The position numbers and the translations under genes are program-made. Positions 56,379 to 64,000 of a stretch of 64,000 nucleotides of DNA are shown here, piece after piece. The DNA lies in the NCBI GenBank assembly GCA_018653315.1, contig JABIAL010000007.1:11348-75347 (forward strand), in the 5' to 3' direction. Origin of the DNA: a bacterium. Lineage in GTDB: Bacteria > Patescibacteriota > Patescibacteriia > UBA1558 > GWA2-36-10. The first letter of the stretch is position 1. Every line of letters starts with the position of its first letter. Under the pieces are notes generated by a model that was given only the letters and a program-made list of their open reading frames with translations, was not told the origin of the DNA and searched no databases.

Positions 56379-57164
56379 ATGGCCAATCAAATTTCTTTAC
56401 CAGACAAAATTAAAATCGAGGACAAAAAAGATAATCGCTATGAGGTGATTATTGAACCTTTTTATCCTGGATTTGGTGTAACCGTTGGCAATGCTTTGCG
56501 ACGTGTTTTGCTATCATCATTAGCTGGTGCTGCTGTTACTTCATTCAAAATTGATGGAGTACAACACGAATTTGATACTATCAATGGTGTCAAAGAAGAC
56601 GTAGTAGAAATTATGCTTAATTTGAAAAAATTGAGAATAAAACTTTTTTCTGATGAGCCAGTAAAATTACAGTTAAGCGCTAAAGGTGAAAAAGTTTTAA
56701 CAGCTGGTGATATTGCTAAAAATGCCGACGTAGAAGTAGCCAATACAGATTTAGTAATAGCTACTTTGACTGATAAAAGCAGCAATGTGAATATGGAAAT
56801 TACAGTTGAACAAGGCCTAGGCTATGTAACCGTAGAGCAACGTGAAAAAGAAAAAATGGAAATTGGTACTATTTTAGTAGATTCTAGTTTTTCTCCTGTT
56901 TTAAATGTTGGCTTTGATGTTTCTCATGTTCGAGTTGGTAAAATGACTAATTATGAAAAATTGACTTTTGATATATTAACAGATGGAACTGTTACAGCTG
57001 AGGAAGCCATTGTTAAAGCGTCTGCTACTCTAGCTAGTCATTTTGATTTATGGTCCGGAGACAGAACAATGCCAGAAGTAGCAGAAGAAGAAAATGAAGA
57101 CACATCTAAAACAGAAGACGAAGAAGATCCTTCGGCTAACGCTCAGGATGAAGATAAAAAGTAA
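56379..57164 (+). CDS. rpoA: DNA-directed RNA polymerase alpha subunit, N-terminal domain only (no alpha-CTD)
   Basis: Contains ...GFGVTVGNALRRVLLSSLAGAAVT...GVKEDVVEIMLNLK.... The protein ends in an acidic tail about 30 aa after the NTD/linker. The start was taken at MANQ; the track start is a TTG. Confidence 0.85.
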   Translation: MANQISLPDKIKIEDKKDNRYEVIIEPFYPGFGVTVGNALRRVLLSSLAGAAVTSFKIDGVQHEFDTINGVKEDVVEIMLNLKKLRIKLFSDEPVKLQLSAKGEKVLTAGDIAKNADVEVANTDLVIATLTDKSSNVNMEITVEQGLGYVTVEQREKEKMEIGTILVDSSFSPVLNVGFDVSHVRVGKMTNYEKLTFDILTDGTVTAEEAIVKASATLASHFDLWSGDRTMPEVAEEENEDTSKTEDEEDPSANAQDEDKK

Positions 57165-57173
57165 GAAAAAATC

Positions 57174-57524
57174 ATGCGACATCGTAAAGTAACCAAAATA
57201 TTAGATAGAAAAAAAGCCCCTCGTAAAGCTATGTTGGAAAATTTAGCTACTTCTTTGATTTTATATGAAAAGATCAAGACAACAGAAGCTAAGGCTAAGG
57301 TCATGAGACCATTTGTAGAAAAGTTAATTACTAGAGGCAAGGTTAAAACTGTAAATAATAAACAACGATTGGCTAGAGTTTTGCCAGACAAAAAAGCAGT
57401 CCAGAAAGTTTTGGATGTTTTAGGACCACGTTATAAAGATAGAAACGGTGGTTATTGTCGTATTATTAAAATGGGTGTTCGTCAGGGTGATGGCGCTCCT
57501 ATGGCCCAAATAGAATTAGTATAA
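57174..57524 (+). CDS. rplQ: 50S ribosomal protein L17
   Basis: Begins MRHRKVTKILDRKKAPRKAMLENLATSL.... Confidence 0.92.
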   Translation: MRHRKVTKILDRKKAPRKAMLENLATSLILYEKIKTTEAKAKVMRPFVEKLITRGKVKTVNNKQRLARVLPDKKAVQKVLDVLGPRYKDRNGGYCRIIKMGVRQGDGAPMAQIELV

Positions 57525-57528
57525 TTAT

Positions 57529-57876
57529 ATGGAAAGAACAACACACCAAATTGACGCAGACGGTAAAATTCTTGGTCGCTTAGCTTCACAGATTGCTGTT
57601 TTATTGCAAGGTAAAAATAAAGTTAGTTACCAAGCACATACAGATTGCGGTGATATCGTAGAAGTATCAAATATTTCTAAGTTTAAAGTTAGCGGTAAAA
57701 AATTAGAAGATAAAGTGTATTATCGTAATACTGGTTATCCAAGTGGTATTCGTACTACTAAATTATCTGATTTAATGGAAAATAATCCAGGTGAAGCGTT
57801 ACGTAAGACTATTTATAATATGTTACCAAAGAATAGATTACGAAATAATATGTTGAAAAGGTTAATTATCAAATAA
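57529..57876 (+). CDS. rplM: 50S ribosomal protein L13
   Basis: The L13 pattern ...DADGKILGRLASQIAVLLQGKNK... is present. It is short (115 aa). Confidence 0.85.
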   Translation: MERTTHQIDADGKILGRLASQIAVLLQGKNKVSYQAHTDCGDIVEVSNISKFKVSGKKLEDKVYYRNTGYPSGIRTTKLSDLMENNPGEALRKTIYNMLPKNRLRNNMLKRLIIK

Positions 57877-57880
57877 ACTC

Positions 57881-58294
57881 ATGATTAAAGACAAAGACAA
57901 TAAAGATTATATTCCAGCTGTTGGTAGAAGAAAGAGAGCAATTGCTCGCGTACGCCTTTTGAAAAAAACTGTCAAAGGTATTGAGATTACTATCAATGGT
58001 AAAGATTATAAAGAATACTTTCCTTACTTTGAATGGCAAGAAGCTGTTGTAGCCCCTATAAAGGTGGCTGGACGTGAAAATATTGCTTTTTCGGTCAGAG
58101 TATTAGGTGGCGGCCAAAAAGGTCAAGCTGAAGGAGTTAGACATGGTATTGCTCGTGCTTTACTTGCTTCTGATGAGGAACTAAAACCAAATCTAAAGAA
58201 AGAAGGTTTCTTGACTCGTGACTCTCGAAGAAAAGAAAGAAAGAAACCGGGTTTGAAAAAAGCTCGTCGTGCACCACAGTGGAGCAAGCGGTAA
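57881..58294 (+). CDS. rpsI: 30S ribosomal protein S9
   Basis: Contains ...GRRKRAIARVRL...GGGQKGQAEGVRHGIARAL...RDSRRKERKKPGLKKARRAPQWSKR. Confidence 0.93.
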   Translation: MIKDKDNKDYIPAVGRRKRAIARVRLLKKTVKGIEITINGKDYKEYFPYFEWQEAVVAPIKVAGRENIAFSVRVLGGGQKGQAEGVRHGIARALLASDEELKPNLKKEGFLTRDSRRKERKKPGLKKARRAPQWSKR

Positions 58295-58395
58295 GCTTGT
58301 GACACGCTGTCTTCGATTCCGAGGTCGCTCAGACTCGAGGAGAGCAAGGCCGAATGTATGGTCAAAACGTTAAAATTATATCATTTCTACTATAC

Positions 58396-58425
58396 AAAAA
58401 ACTCGCTTTTATAGCGAGTTTTTTG
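58396..58425 (+). terminator. intrinsic terminator of the ribosomal-protein operon
   Basis: The stem actcgct...agcgagt is followed by T6. It overlaps the -35 (TTGACA) of the next gene. Confidence 0.7.
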
Positions 58426-58488
58426 ACATTTAGAGTATTTAGTATTAAGATAATAAAAAAGTTCATACAACATAGCCTGGAGGGCACG

Positions 58489-58950
58489 ATGAGTTTAAAA
58501 ATTGGTGATATCGCGACTGTTATCTCAGAAGATAATCCTTTTGAAAGAGCTCAAGGCAAGATAGTTAGCATCAACGGAACAGAGGTGGAGTTCGAAATTG
58601 GTCCTGCAAAGCGTTTTTTATTGGATTATGAAATGCGGAGAGATGGTGATTTCACGGTTACTGTTGGTCTAGCTTCTTTGCGTAAAGATGAAGAATGGTC
58701 TTTGGATAACAGACTGAGCCATGCTTTTGGTAGCACCAAGTTTTTGCAGGTTTATACACTAACAGATGCTTTGGATCCAGAAAAACCATGCATGCGAGCT
58801 AATTGCAACGGCAAGCGTCAACAACGAATCATGGTTAATGTCTGGGGCAGTGCACTTGAATACGATGTTTGTGATACTTGTGCAGCACAGTTTCACGGGA
58901 AGTGGCTGGAGGAATTTCCAGTCAGACAAACAGACAAAAATCTGGCTTAA
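58489..58950 (+). CDS. hypothetical Cys-containing protein (CxxxxC...CxxC), higher-GC stand-alone gene
   Basis: The SD GGAGGG lies 5 nt upstream, and the gene has its own terminator. It is about 42% GC. The start was taken at MSLKIGD; the track start at 58354 lies upstream of the operon terminator. Confidence 0.5.
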   Translation: MSLKIGDIATVISEDNPFERAQGKIVSINGTEVEFEIGPAKRFLLDYEMRRDGDFTVTVGLASLRKDEEWSLDNRLSHAFGSTKFLQVYTLTDALDPEKPCMRANCNGKRQQRIMVNVWGSALEYDVCDTCAAQFHGKWLEEFPVRQTDKNLA

Positions 58951-58960
58951 TTTGAGCTGT

Positions 58961-58990
58961 AAGCGGTGAAATCTCACCGCTTTTATTTTT
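58961..58990 (+). terminator. intrinsic terminator
   Basis: The stem gcggtga-aatc-tcaccgc is followed by TTTTATTTTT. Confidence 0.8.
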
Positions 58991-59035
58991 CCCAGTTTTA
59001 CTAGCTTTTTTGCCTAATTTTGCTATACTTATTTC

Positions 59036-60475
59036 ATGTTAACTACCCGGAAAATCACTGCAAACTCCTCATTTTTCTTGACTGCTTTAGTACTTCAAAA
59101 GGTGCTTTCTTTTGTATACTTCACTATTTTGGCTCGTACTTTAGGCGCTGAATCTATCGGACAGTACTTTTTTGCTATCTCCTTTGCTACTATGTTTGCC
59201 GTTTTGATGGATTTTGGCTTGTCACCAGTGTTGACTCGAGAAGTAGCCAAAGATGATAGCGATAGTAAATTATGGTTCAAGCAAATATTTTCTCTTAAAC
59301 TAATAGCTACTCTGGCAGCTGTTGTTTTTTTATTAGTGCTAAATACTTTTGTTTTTGCTGGTGATGCTGTACGAGAGTTAATATATTTGACGACCATGAT
59401 TGTCGTGATCGATAGCTTCACTTTATTGTTCTATGCTTTTATTCGTGGCCAACAAAATCTAAAATTTGAAGCCCGTGGTACAATTATTTTCCAACTTATT
59501 GTCATGACCATTGGCTTAACTTTGTTGCAGTTCACTAATAATTTATTTTTAATTATTGGCGTTTTATTTATAGCCAGTTTATTTAATTTGATTTATTCTG
59601 GATTAGTTTTGTATTTTAAATATAAAGTCAAACCATTTTTTATTTGGAATAGAGGATTGATCAAAAAAATACTTTGGATCGCTTGGCCTTTCGCCGCGGC
59701 TGCTATTTTTGCTAAAGTTTATGCCTATATCGATACATTTTTAATTAAGTTATTTTTAGACGATGCTTCAGTTGGTTTTTATAGTGTCGCTTATAAAATA
59801 ACTTTTGCTTGGCAGTTTATTCCCTTGGCTTTCGTAGCTGCTTTGTATCCAGCTTTTTCTCATTTATTTAAACACAATAGAGAAGAATTAAAAAAAGTAT
59901 TTAATAAAGGTTTTGCTTATTTAGGATTTATTGCTTTACCGCTTAGTGTCGGCATTATTGTCTTGGCACCAGAGATCATTAACCAAGTTTATACTACAGA
60001 ATTTTCAGCTGCTATTTTACCTTTGCAAGTTTTGATCGCTTCAATTGCCTTTTTGTTTATGAACTTTGCTTTATCTAGCATGCTTAACGCTTGTGATAAG
60101 CAACTAGTAAATACCAGAAATTTGGGTATTACCATGATTTTAAATATAATATTTAATATAATATTTATTCAATATTGGGGTGTTTGGGGTGCAGCGCTAG
60201 CTTCTTCTATTAGTACCTTGATATTATTTATCTTAAATTTAAAAGCAGCTAATAGTTTAATAAAAATAAATTTCCAAGTTATTAAATCTTTGTTCATTGC
60301 TTTATTAGCTAGCATATTGATGGCTTATGTAGTTATTTATTTCAAAGATATTATTTGGTGGCCACTTACTATCTTGCTTGGCGGAGTAGTATATTTTGCT
60401 ATTATGTTTGTCACCAAAACATTAAGCTACAAAGAAATTATTTATTTAAAAAATTCTTTATTTCATAAAGAATAA
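59036..60475 (+). CDS. Wzx/MOP-superfamily oligosaccharide flippase-like membrane protein
   Basis: 479 aa with about 14 TM helices. Two-fold repeat architecture typical of polysaccharide biosynthesis (PST) proteins. Confidence 0.55.
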   Translation: MLTTRKITANSSFFLTALVLQKVLSFVYFTILARTLGAESIGQYFFAISFATMFAVLMDFGLSPVLTREVAKDDSDSKLWFKQIFSLKLIATLAAVVFLLVLNTFVFAGDAVRELIYLTTMIVVIDSFTLLFYAFIRGQQNLKFEARGTIIFQLIVMTIGLTLLQFTNNLFLIIGVLFIASLFNLIYSGLVLYFKYKVKPFFIWNRGLIKKILWIAWPFAAAAIFAKVYAYIDTFLIKLFLDDASVGFYSVAYKITFAWQFIPLAFVAALYPAFSHLFKHNREELKKVFNKGFAYLGFIALPLSVGIIVLAPEIINQVYTTEFSAAILPLQVLIASIAFLFMNFALSSMLNACDKQLVNTRNLGITMILNIIFNIIFIQYWGVWGAALASSISTLILFILNLKAANSLIKINFQVIKSLFIALLASILMAYVVIYFKDIIWWPLTILLGGVVYFAIMFVTKTLSYKEIIYLKNSLFHKE

Positions 60476-60484
60476 ATTATAGTA

Positions 60485-61579
60485 ATGAAAAAAACTTTGG
60501 TACTTACTCATGAATATTTTCCTTTTCCTGGCGGCGTTGCTCGTTATGTTTATAATTTATTTAAACATTTACCGCAAGATAAATATTTAGTTATTACTGA
60601 TAATGATCAAGTAAAAACTAAAGATAATATTTTAAATTTGCAATTAACAAGTAGTTTTTTGAAGCCAACTTGGTTGATGAGTTTTTTTAAGATACAAAAG
60701 ATCATCAAGGAAAATAAAATAGAACAAATTTTTACCCCTAATATTTTACCTTTTGGTAGTTTGAGTTATTTAATGTTTAAATTATATAAAATTCCCTATG
60801 TTATTTCTCTACATGGTTTAGATGTAAATCTAGCTTTAAAAAATAAATCTAGCTTAACTAAGAAAATTCTAGCTAATGCAAAATTAATTATTACTAATAG
60901 CCAAAATACTGCAAATTTAATTAAAGATTTAAATTTAGAAAAAAATAAAATAAAAGTGCTTTATCCCAGTTTTGATTTAGAAACTCATATTGATCAAGAT
61001 AAATTATTAAATTTAGAAAAAGAATTAAATATCACAGATGATAATTTGGTTTTATTAACAGTTGGCCGTCTAAATAAGCGAAAAGCTCATGATTTAGTTA
61101 TAGAAGCTATTGTTGAAAATAAAGATTTGCCTCTAAAGTATTTAATTGTAGGAGAAGGAGAAGAAAAAGAAAATCTTATAACATTAGTAAAAGAGCACGG
61201 AATAGAAGATAAGATTATCTGGGCTGGTCAGGTTGCAGATTCGGAGCTGATATACTATTATAAATTAGCTAACATCTTTGTTACTCCTCACCGAATGACC
61301 AATGTAGATGTCGAGGGATTTGGCTTGGTTTTCCTAGAAGCAGCTAATTGTCAGCTACCAATCATTGCCGGAAATAGCGGAGGAGTAAAAGAAATATTAA
61401 CTAATGAAGAAAATGCCTTATTAGTTGAAGCTGATAATTTAAATGAATTATCTAAAGCTATTAGATTATTTGCTAGTGATTGTGAACTTAGTTGGAAATT
61501 AGCTCAAAATGCTTATAAACGTAGTCAGGAGTTTCCATCTGCTAAAGAACAAAGTAAAAGATTAGAAGGGTGGTTATAA
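60485..61579 (+). CDS. GT4 (GT-B) glycosyltransferase
   Basis: Contains EGFGLVFLEAANCQLPIIAGNSGG. Confidence 0.8.
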   Translation: MKKTLVLTHEYFPFPGGVARYVYNLFKHLPQDKYLVITDNDQVKTKDNILNLQLTSSFLKPTWLMSFFKIQKIIKENKIEQIFTPNILPFGSLSYLMFKLYKIPYVISLHGLDVNLALKNKSSLTKKILANAKLIITNSQNTANLIKDLNLEKNKIKVLYPSFDLETHIDQDKLLNLEKELNITDDNLVLLTVGRLNKRKAHDLVIEAIVENKDLPLKYLIVGEGEEKENLITLVKEHGIEDKIIWAGQVADSELIYYYKLANIFVTPHRMTNVDVEGFGLVFLEAANCQLPIIAGNSGGVKEILTNEENALLVEADNLNELSKAIRLFASDCELSWKLAQNAYKRSQEFPSAKEQSKRLEGWL

Positions 61580-61588
61580 CATAAAAAT

Positions 61589-62758
61589 ATGAAAAAATTT
61601 GATGTCATCATGTTTAATATGTCTAGTTTCTCTGAATGGGAAGAGGGCGTATCAAATAGGAATTATCATGTGTTACAACAATTGTTGCAAAATGATCAGA
61701 TAGGTAAAATTTTAGCTGTTGATTATTTGCCTTTAAATTTTAAGAGGGCACTACGTAATTATAAAGAGAATATTGCCTTGAATCTTAAAGACGCCAAAGT
61801 AGTTAATAGAAAATGGACTAGCAAGGTAACTAAGGTGTCAGATAAATTGTATGTTTATTCTGGAGTTAATTTTTGTTTAAGGCCAAATAAAACTTTGAAT
61901 AATATAAAAAAAGTTGCCTTAGATCTTAATTTTGGCGATGTAGTAGTTTGGTCATTTTTTCCTTTTGTAGCTCCTTATTTAAATAATTTAGGTCAGAAAT
62001 TAACCGTTTTTGAAGCAGTAGATAATTGGTTGAATCATTCATCATATCAAAAATATCAACAACGATTAACTGAATCTTATAATATTTTTAAAAACCAAGC
62101 TGATCTTATTTTTACGGTTTCACAGAAGTTAGTTCATTTTTTTGATGATCAGCCAAATGTTTATTGGATACCAAATGGCGTGGACTACAAACATTATAAT
62201 CAAAAGTTTGCTTTGGTTAACCGAGACATTGCAGATATACCTAAGCCGATAATTGGTTATATTGGTGTTATTCAAGATAGAGTTGATTTAAAATTAATTG
62301 AACACTTGGCTCGTGCGAATCCCAAAAAATCTATTGTTTTAGTTGGTCCTGTTTGGAGCGAGCAAGATGAATTAAAAAAAGCGGTGAATAATTTAAAAAA
62401 TATTTATTTTTTGGGTTACAAATCGTATAATGAGGCACCGATGTATATTCAACAATTTGATATCGGAATTATCCCTCATCAACAGGCAGAATTCAGCGCT
62501 AGTACAAATCCAATGAAAATGTATGAATATTTAGCTTGTGGTAAGCCAGTGGTTGCTACTCAGAATTCAGGTACAGAAAATATTGAAGATATGATCGCAG
62601 TGGCTAATAACAGTGAAGATTTTAATGATAAATTAAATGATTTATTAAAATCTGATAATGACGATAAAAAGCAAGAGCGACAGGAATTCGTTAAAAAACA
62701 TTCTTGGATTAGTGCTGCAGATAAAATGATGGATTTGATTAATAAAAAGTTAAGCTAG
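61589..62758 (+). CDS. GT-B fold glycosyltransferase (GT4-like)
   Basis: The C-terminal pattern is STNPMKMYEYLACGKPVVATQNSG. Confidence 0.65.
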   Translation: MKKFDVIMFNMSSFSEWEEGVSNRNYHVLQQLLQNDQIGKILAVDYLPLNFKRALRNYKENIALNLKDAKVVNRKWTSKVTKVSDKLYVYSGVNFCLRPNKTLNNIKKVALDLNFGDVVVWSFFPFVAPYLNNLGQKLTVFEAVDNWLNHSSYQKYQQRLTESYNIFKNQADLIFTVSQKLVHFFDDQPNVYWIPNGVDYKHYNQKFALVNRDIADIPKPIIGYIGVIQDRVDLKLIEHLARANPKKSIVLVGPVWSEQDELKKAVNNLKNIYFLGYKSYNEAPMYIQQFDIGIIPHQQAEFSASTNPMKMYEYLACGKPVVATQNSGTENIEDMIAVANNSEDFNDKLNDLLKSDNDDKKQERQEFVKKHSWISAADKMMDLINKKLS

Positions 62759-62759
62759 C

Positions 62760-63632
62760 ATGGACAAGATTGATATTTCGATTGTTATTGTTAATTGGAA
62801 GGTTAGACCGCTTTTAGAAAAATGTCTGGATTCTATTATTGCTGATGTAAAAGATTTTGCAGCAGAGATTTTTGTGGTCGATAATGATTCTCGTGATAAC
62901 ACCTCAGAAATGGTTATGGCCAAATATCCACAAGTGACGATGATTGCTTTGTCTAGTAATAAAGGTTTTGCTACAGCTAATAATATTGCTTTAGCGCAAG
63001 CACGAGGTAAGTATATGTTTTTGTTGAATCCTGATACAGAGGTTGAGTCTGGATTTTTTAAAACTATTATCAATTACTTGGAACTACACACAGAGGTTGG
63101 TATTTTGGGTCCACAAATTTTAAATTCTGATCATAGTTTACAGCCATCAATTCGTCGTTTTCCGAAATTATTTTCACAGCTTTTTGTGTTATTGAAAATG
63201 ACTAATTTATATCCTAATAATAGGATATTTAAACATTATTTTGCTCAAGATCTTAATTATAATCAAGAACAAGACGTTGAACAGATTATGGGTGCGGCGA
63301 TGATTATTACTCGTTCAGCTTTTGAAAAAATAGGTTTTTTAGATGAGAAATTTTTTGTTTGGTTTGAAGAGGTAGATTATTGTAAACGAGCTAAAAAGAA
63401 GAATATTATTATTCGCTATTTGCCAACAGCTCATATTCTTCATCACAGCGGTACTAGTTTCGCTAAACAGAATATGTTACGTAAGCAATTATTTTTTGAT
63501 TTTAGTTTATTGCGTTATTTTATGAAACATCGACCCATTTGGGAAGTTGCTATTATAATTATTGTTATTCCTTTTAATTTATTTTTGACAGCTCTTTATG
63601 CTTGGGCGTTGAAGTATAAGAAAAAATCTTAA
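62760..63632 (+). CDS. GT2 glycosyltransferase
   Basis: Contains SIVIVNWKV, VVDNDSRDNT, LNPDTE and WFEEVDYC. Confidence 0.8.
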   Translation: MDKIDISIVIVNWKVRPLLEKCLDSIIADVKDFAAEIFVVDNDSRDNTSEMVMAKYPQVTMIALSSNKGFATANNIALAQARGKYMFLLNPDTEVESGFFKTIINYLELHTEVGILGPQILNSDHSLQPSIRRFPKLFSQLFVLLKMTNLYPNNRIFKHYFAQDLNYNQEQDVEQIMGAAMIITRSAFEKIGFLDEKFFVWFEEVDYCKRAKKKNIIIRYLPTAHILHHSGTSFAKQNMLRKQLFFDFSLLRYFMKHRPIWEVAIIIIVIPFNLFLTALYAWALKYKKKS

Positions 63633-64000
63633 TGACTAACAGACCAAAATTAACAATTAGCCTACTGACTTGGAATGGCGCACATTATCTCCCGTTGTTA
63701 CTTAAAAGTTTAACAGAGCAAACTTTTCAGGATTGGGAATTATTAGTATTGGACAATGCATCTGACGATGAATCAATAGCAACTATCAAAGAACATTATC
63801 CGCCAGCTAAAGTTATTCAACAAAAAATGAATTTAGGTTTTGCTAAAGGACATAATTTAATTATCAATTGGTCAAAGTCGGATTATATATTATTCTTAAA
63901 TCAGGATTTGATGTTGGCACCAAATTATTTAGAGGATGCTATAGCTTTTCTTGAAAAGAATCCCAATGTCGCCAGCGTCTCTGGCAAGCTTTTATACTGG
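63632..64000 (+). CDS. GT2 glycosyltransferase (3'-truncated by the window end)
   Basis: Contains LTISLLTWNG, LVLDNASDDES and LNQD. It overlaps the upstream stop as TAATG. Confidence 0.7.
   Translation, partial: MTNRPKLTISLLTWNGAHYLPLLLKSLTEQTFQDWELLVLDNASDDESIATIKEHYPPAKVIQQKMNLGFAKGHNLIINWSKSDYILFLNQDLMLAPNYLEDAIAFLEKNPNVASVSGKLLYW

Noticed and set aside
58295-58365. GC-rich spacer after rpsI as a structured RNA element
   Set aside because: Only a 4-bp stem was found. It is too weak to call.
58354-58488. Long N-terminal extension of ORF 58354-58950
   Set aside because: It would start upstream of the ribosomal-operon terminator, with no RBS. The internal ATG at 58489 has a GGAGGG SD.
1-64000. 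CRISPR arrays, rRNA genes, transposases/IS elements, integrases
   Set aside because: No regularly spaced direct repeats, no rRNA-like GC-rich kilobase blocks, no DDE/tyrosine-recombinase-like ORFs. The only repeats are the promoter cassettes and the paralog duplication.

Overview
This is a low-GC (~30%), gene-dense bacterial window. Its gene content and gene style look Patescibacteria/CPR-like (inference): many genes lack Shine-Dalgarno sequences, there are many glycosyltransferases, a type IV pilin, a subtilisin with FG-GAP-like repeats, and an RpoA without the alpha C-terminal domain. Recognisable blocks are: grpE(partial)-hsp20-dnaK-dnaJ; an accessory stretch (about 4.1-15.3 kb) of small hypothetical or membrane proteins driven by two families of repeated near-consensus sigma70 promoters; a tRNA-Thr / rpmG / tRNA-Trp locus; typA-rlmN; a SAM-I riboswitch in front of metK; hup; a UgtP-like glycosyltransferase translationally coupled to an OLD-family ATPase/Toprim nuclease; a long glycosylation cluster (GtrA, GT2s, UXS-like, GT4s, HIT, rfbB, rfbA, nfu); a cell-wall cluster mraY-murD-ftsW-[pilin]-murG-murC-murB; the infA-rpmJ-rpsM-rpsK-rpsD-rpoA-rplQ-rplM-rpsI operon; and a second glycosylation cluster (flippase, GT4s, GT2s). 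The features that stand out most are a compositionally distinct (~45% GC) two-gene response-regulator module lying between tandem paralogs plus a gene fragment, the repeated promoter cassettes, a degenerate PilB/GspE-like pseudo-ATPase, and a GC-rich non-coding candidate sRNA locus transcribed from divergent promoters that share a -35 element. All calls were made by eye from the sequence and the ORF track; no database searches were run.
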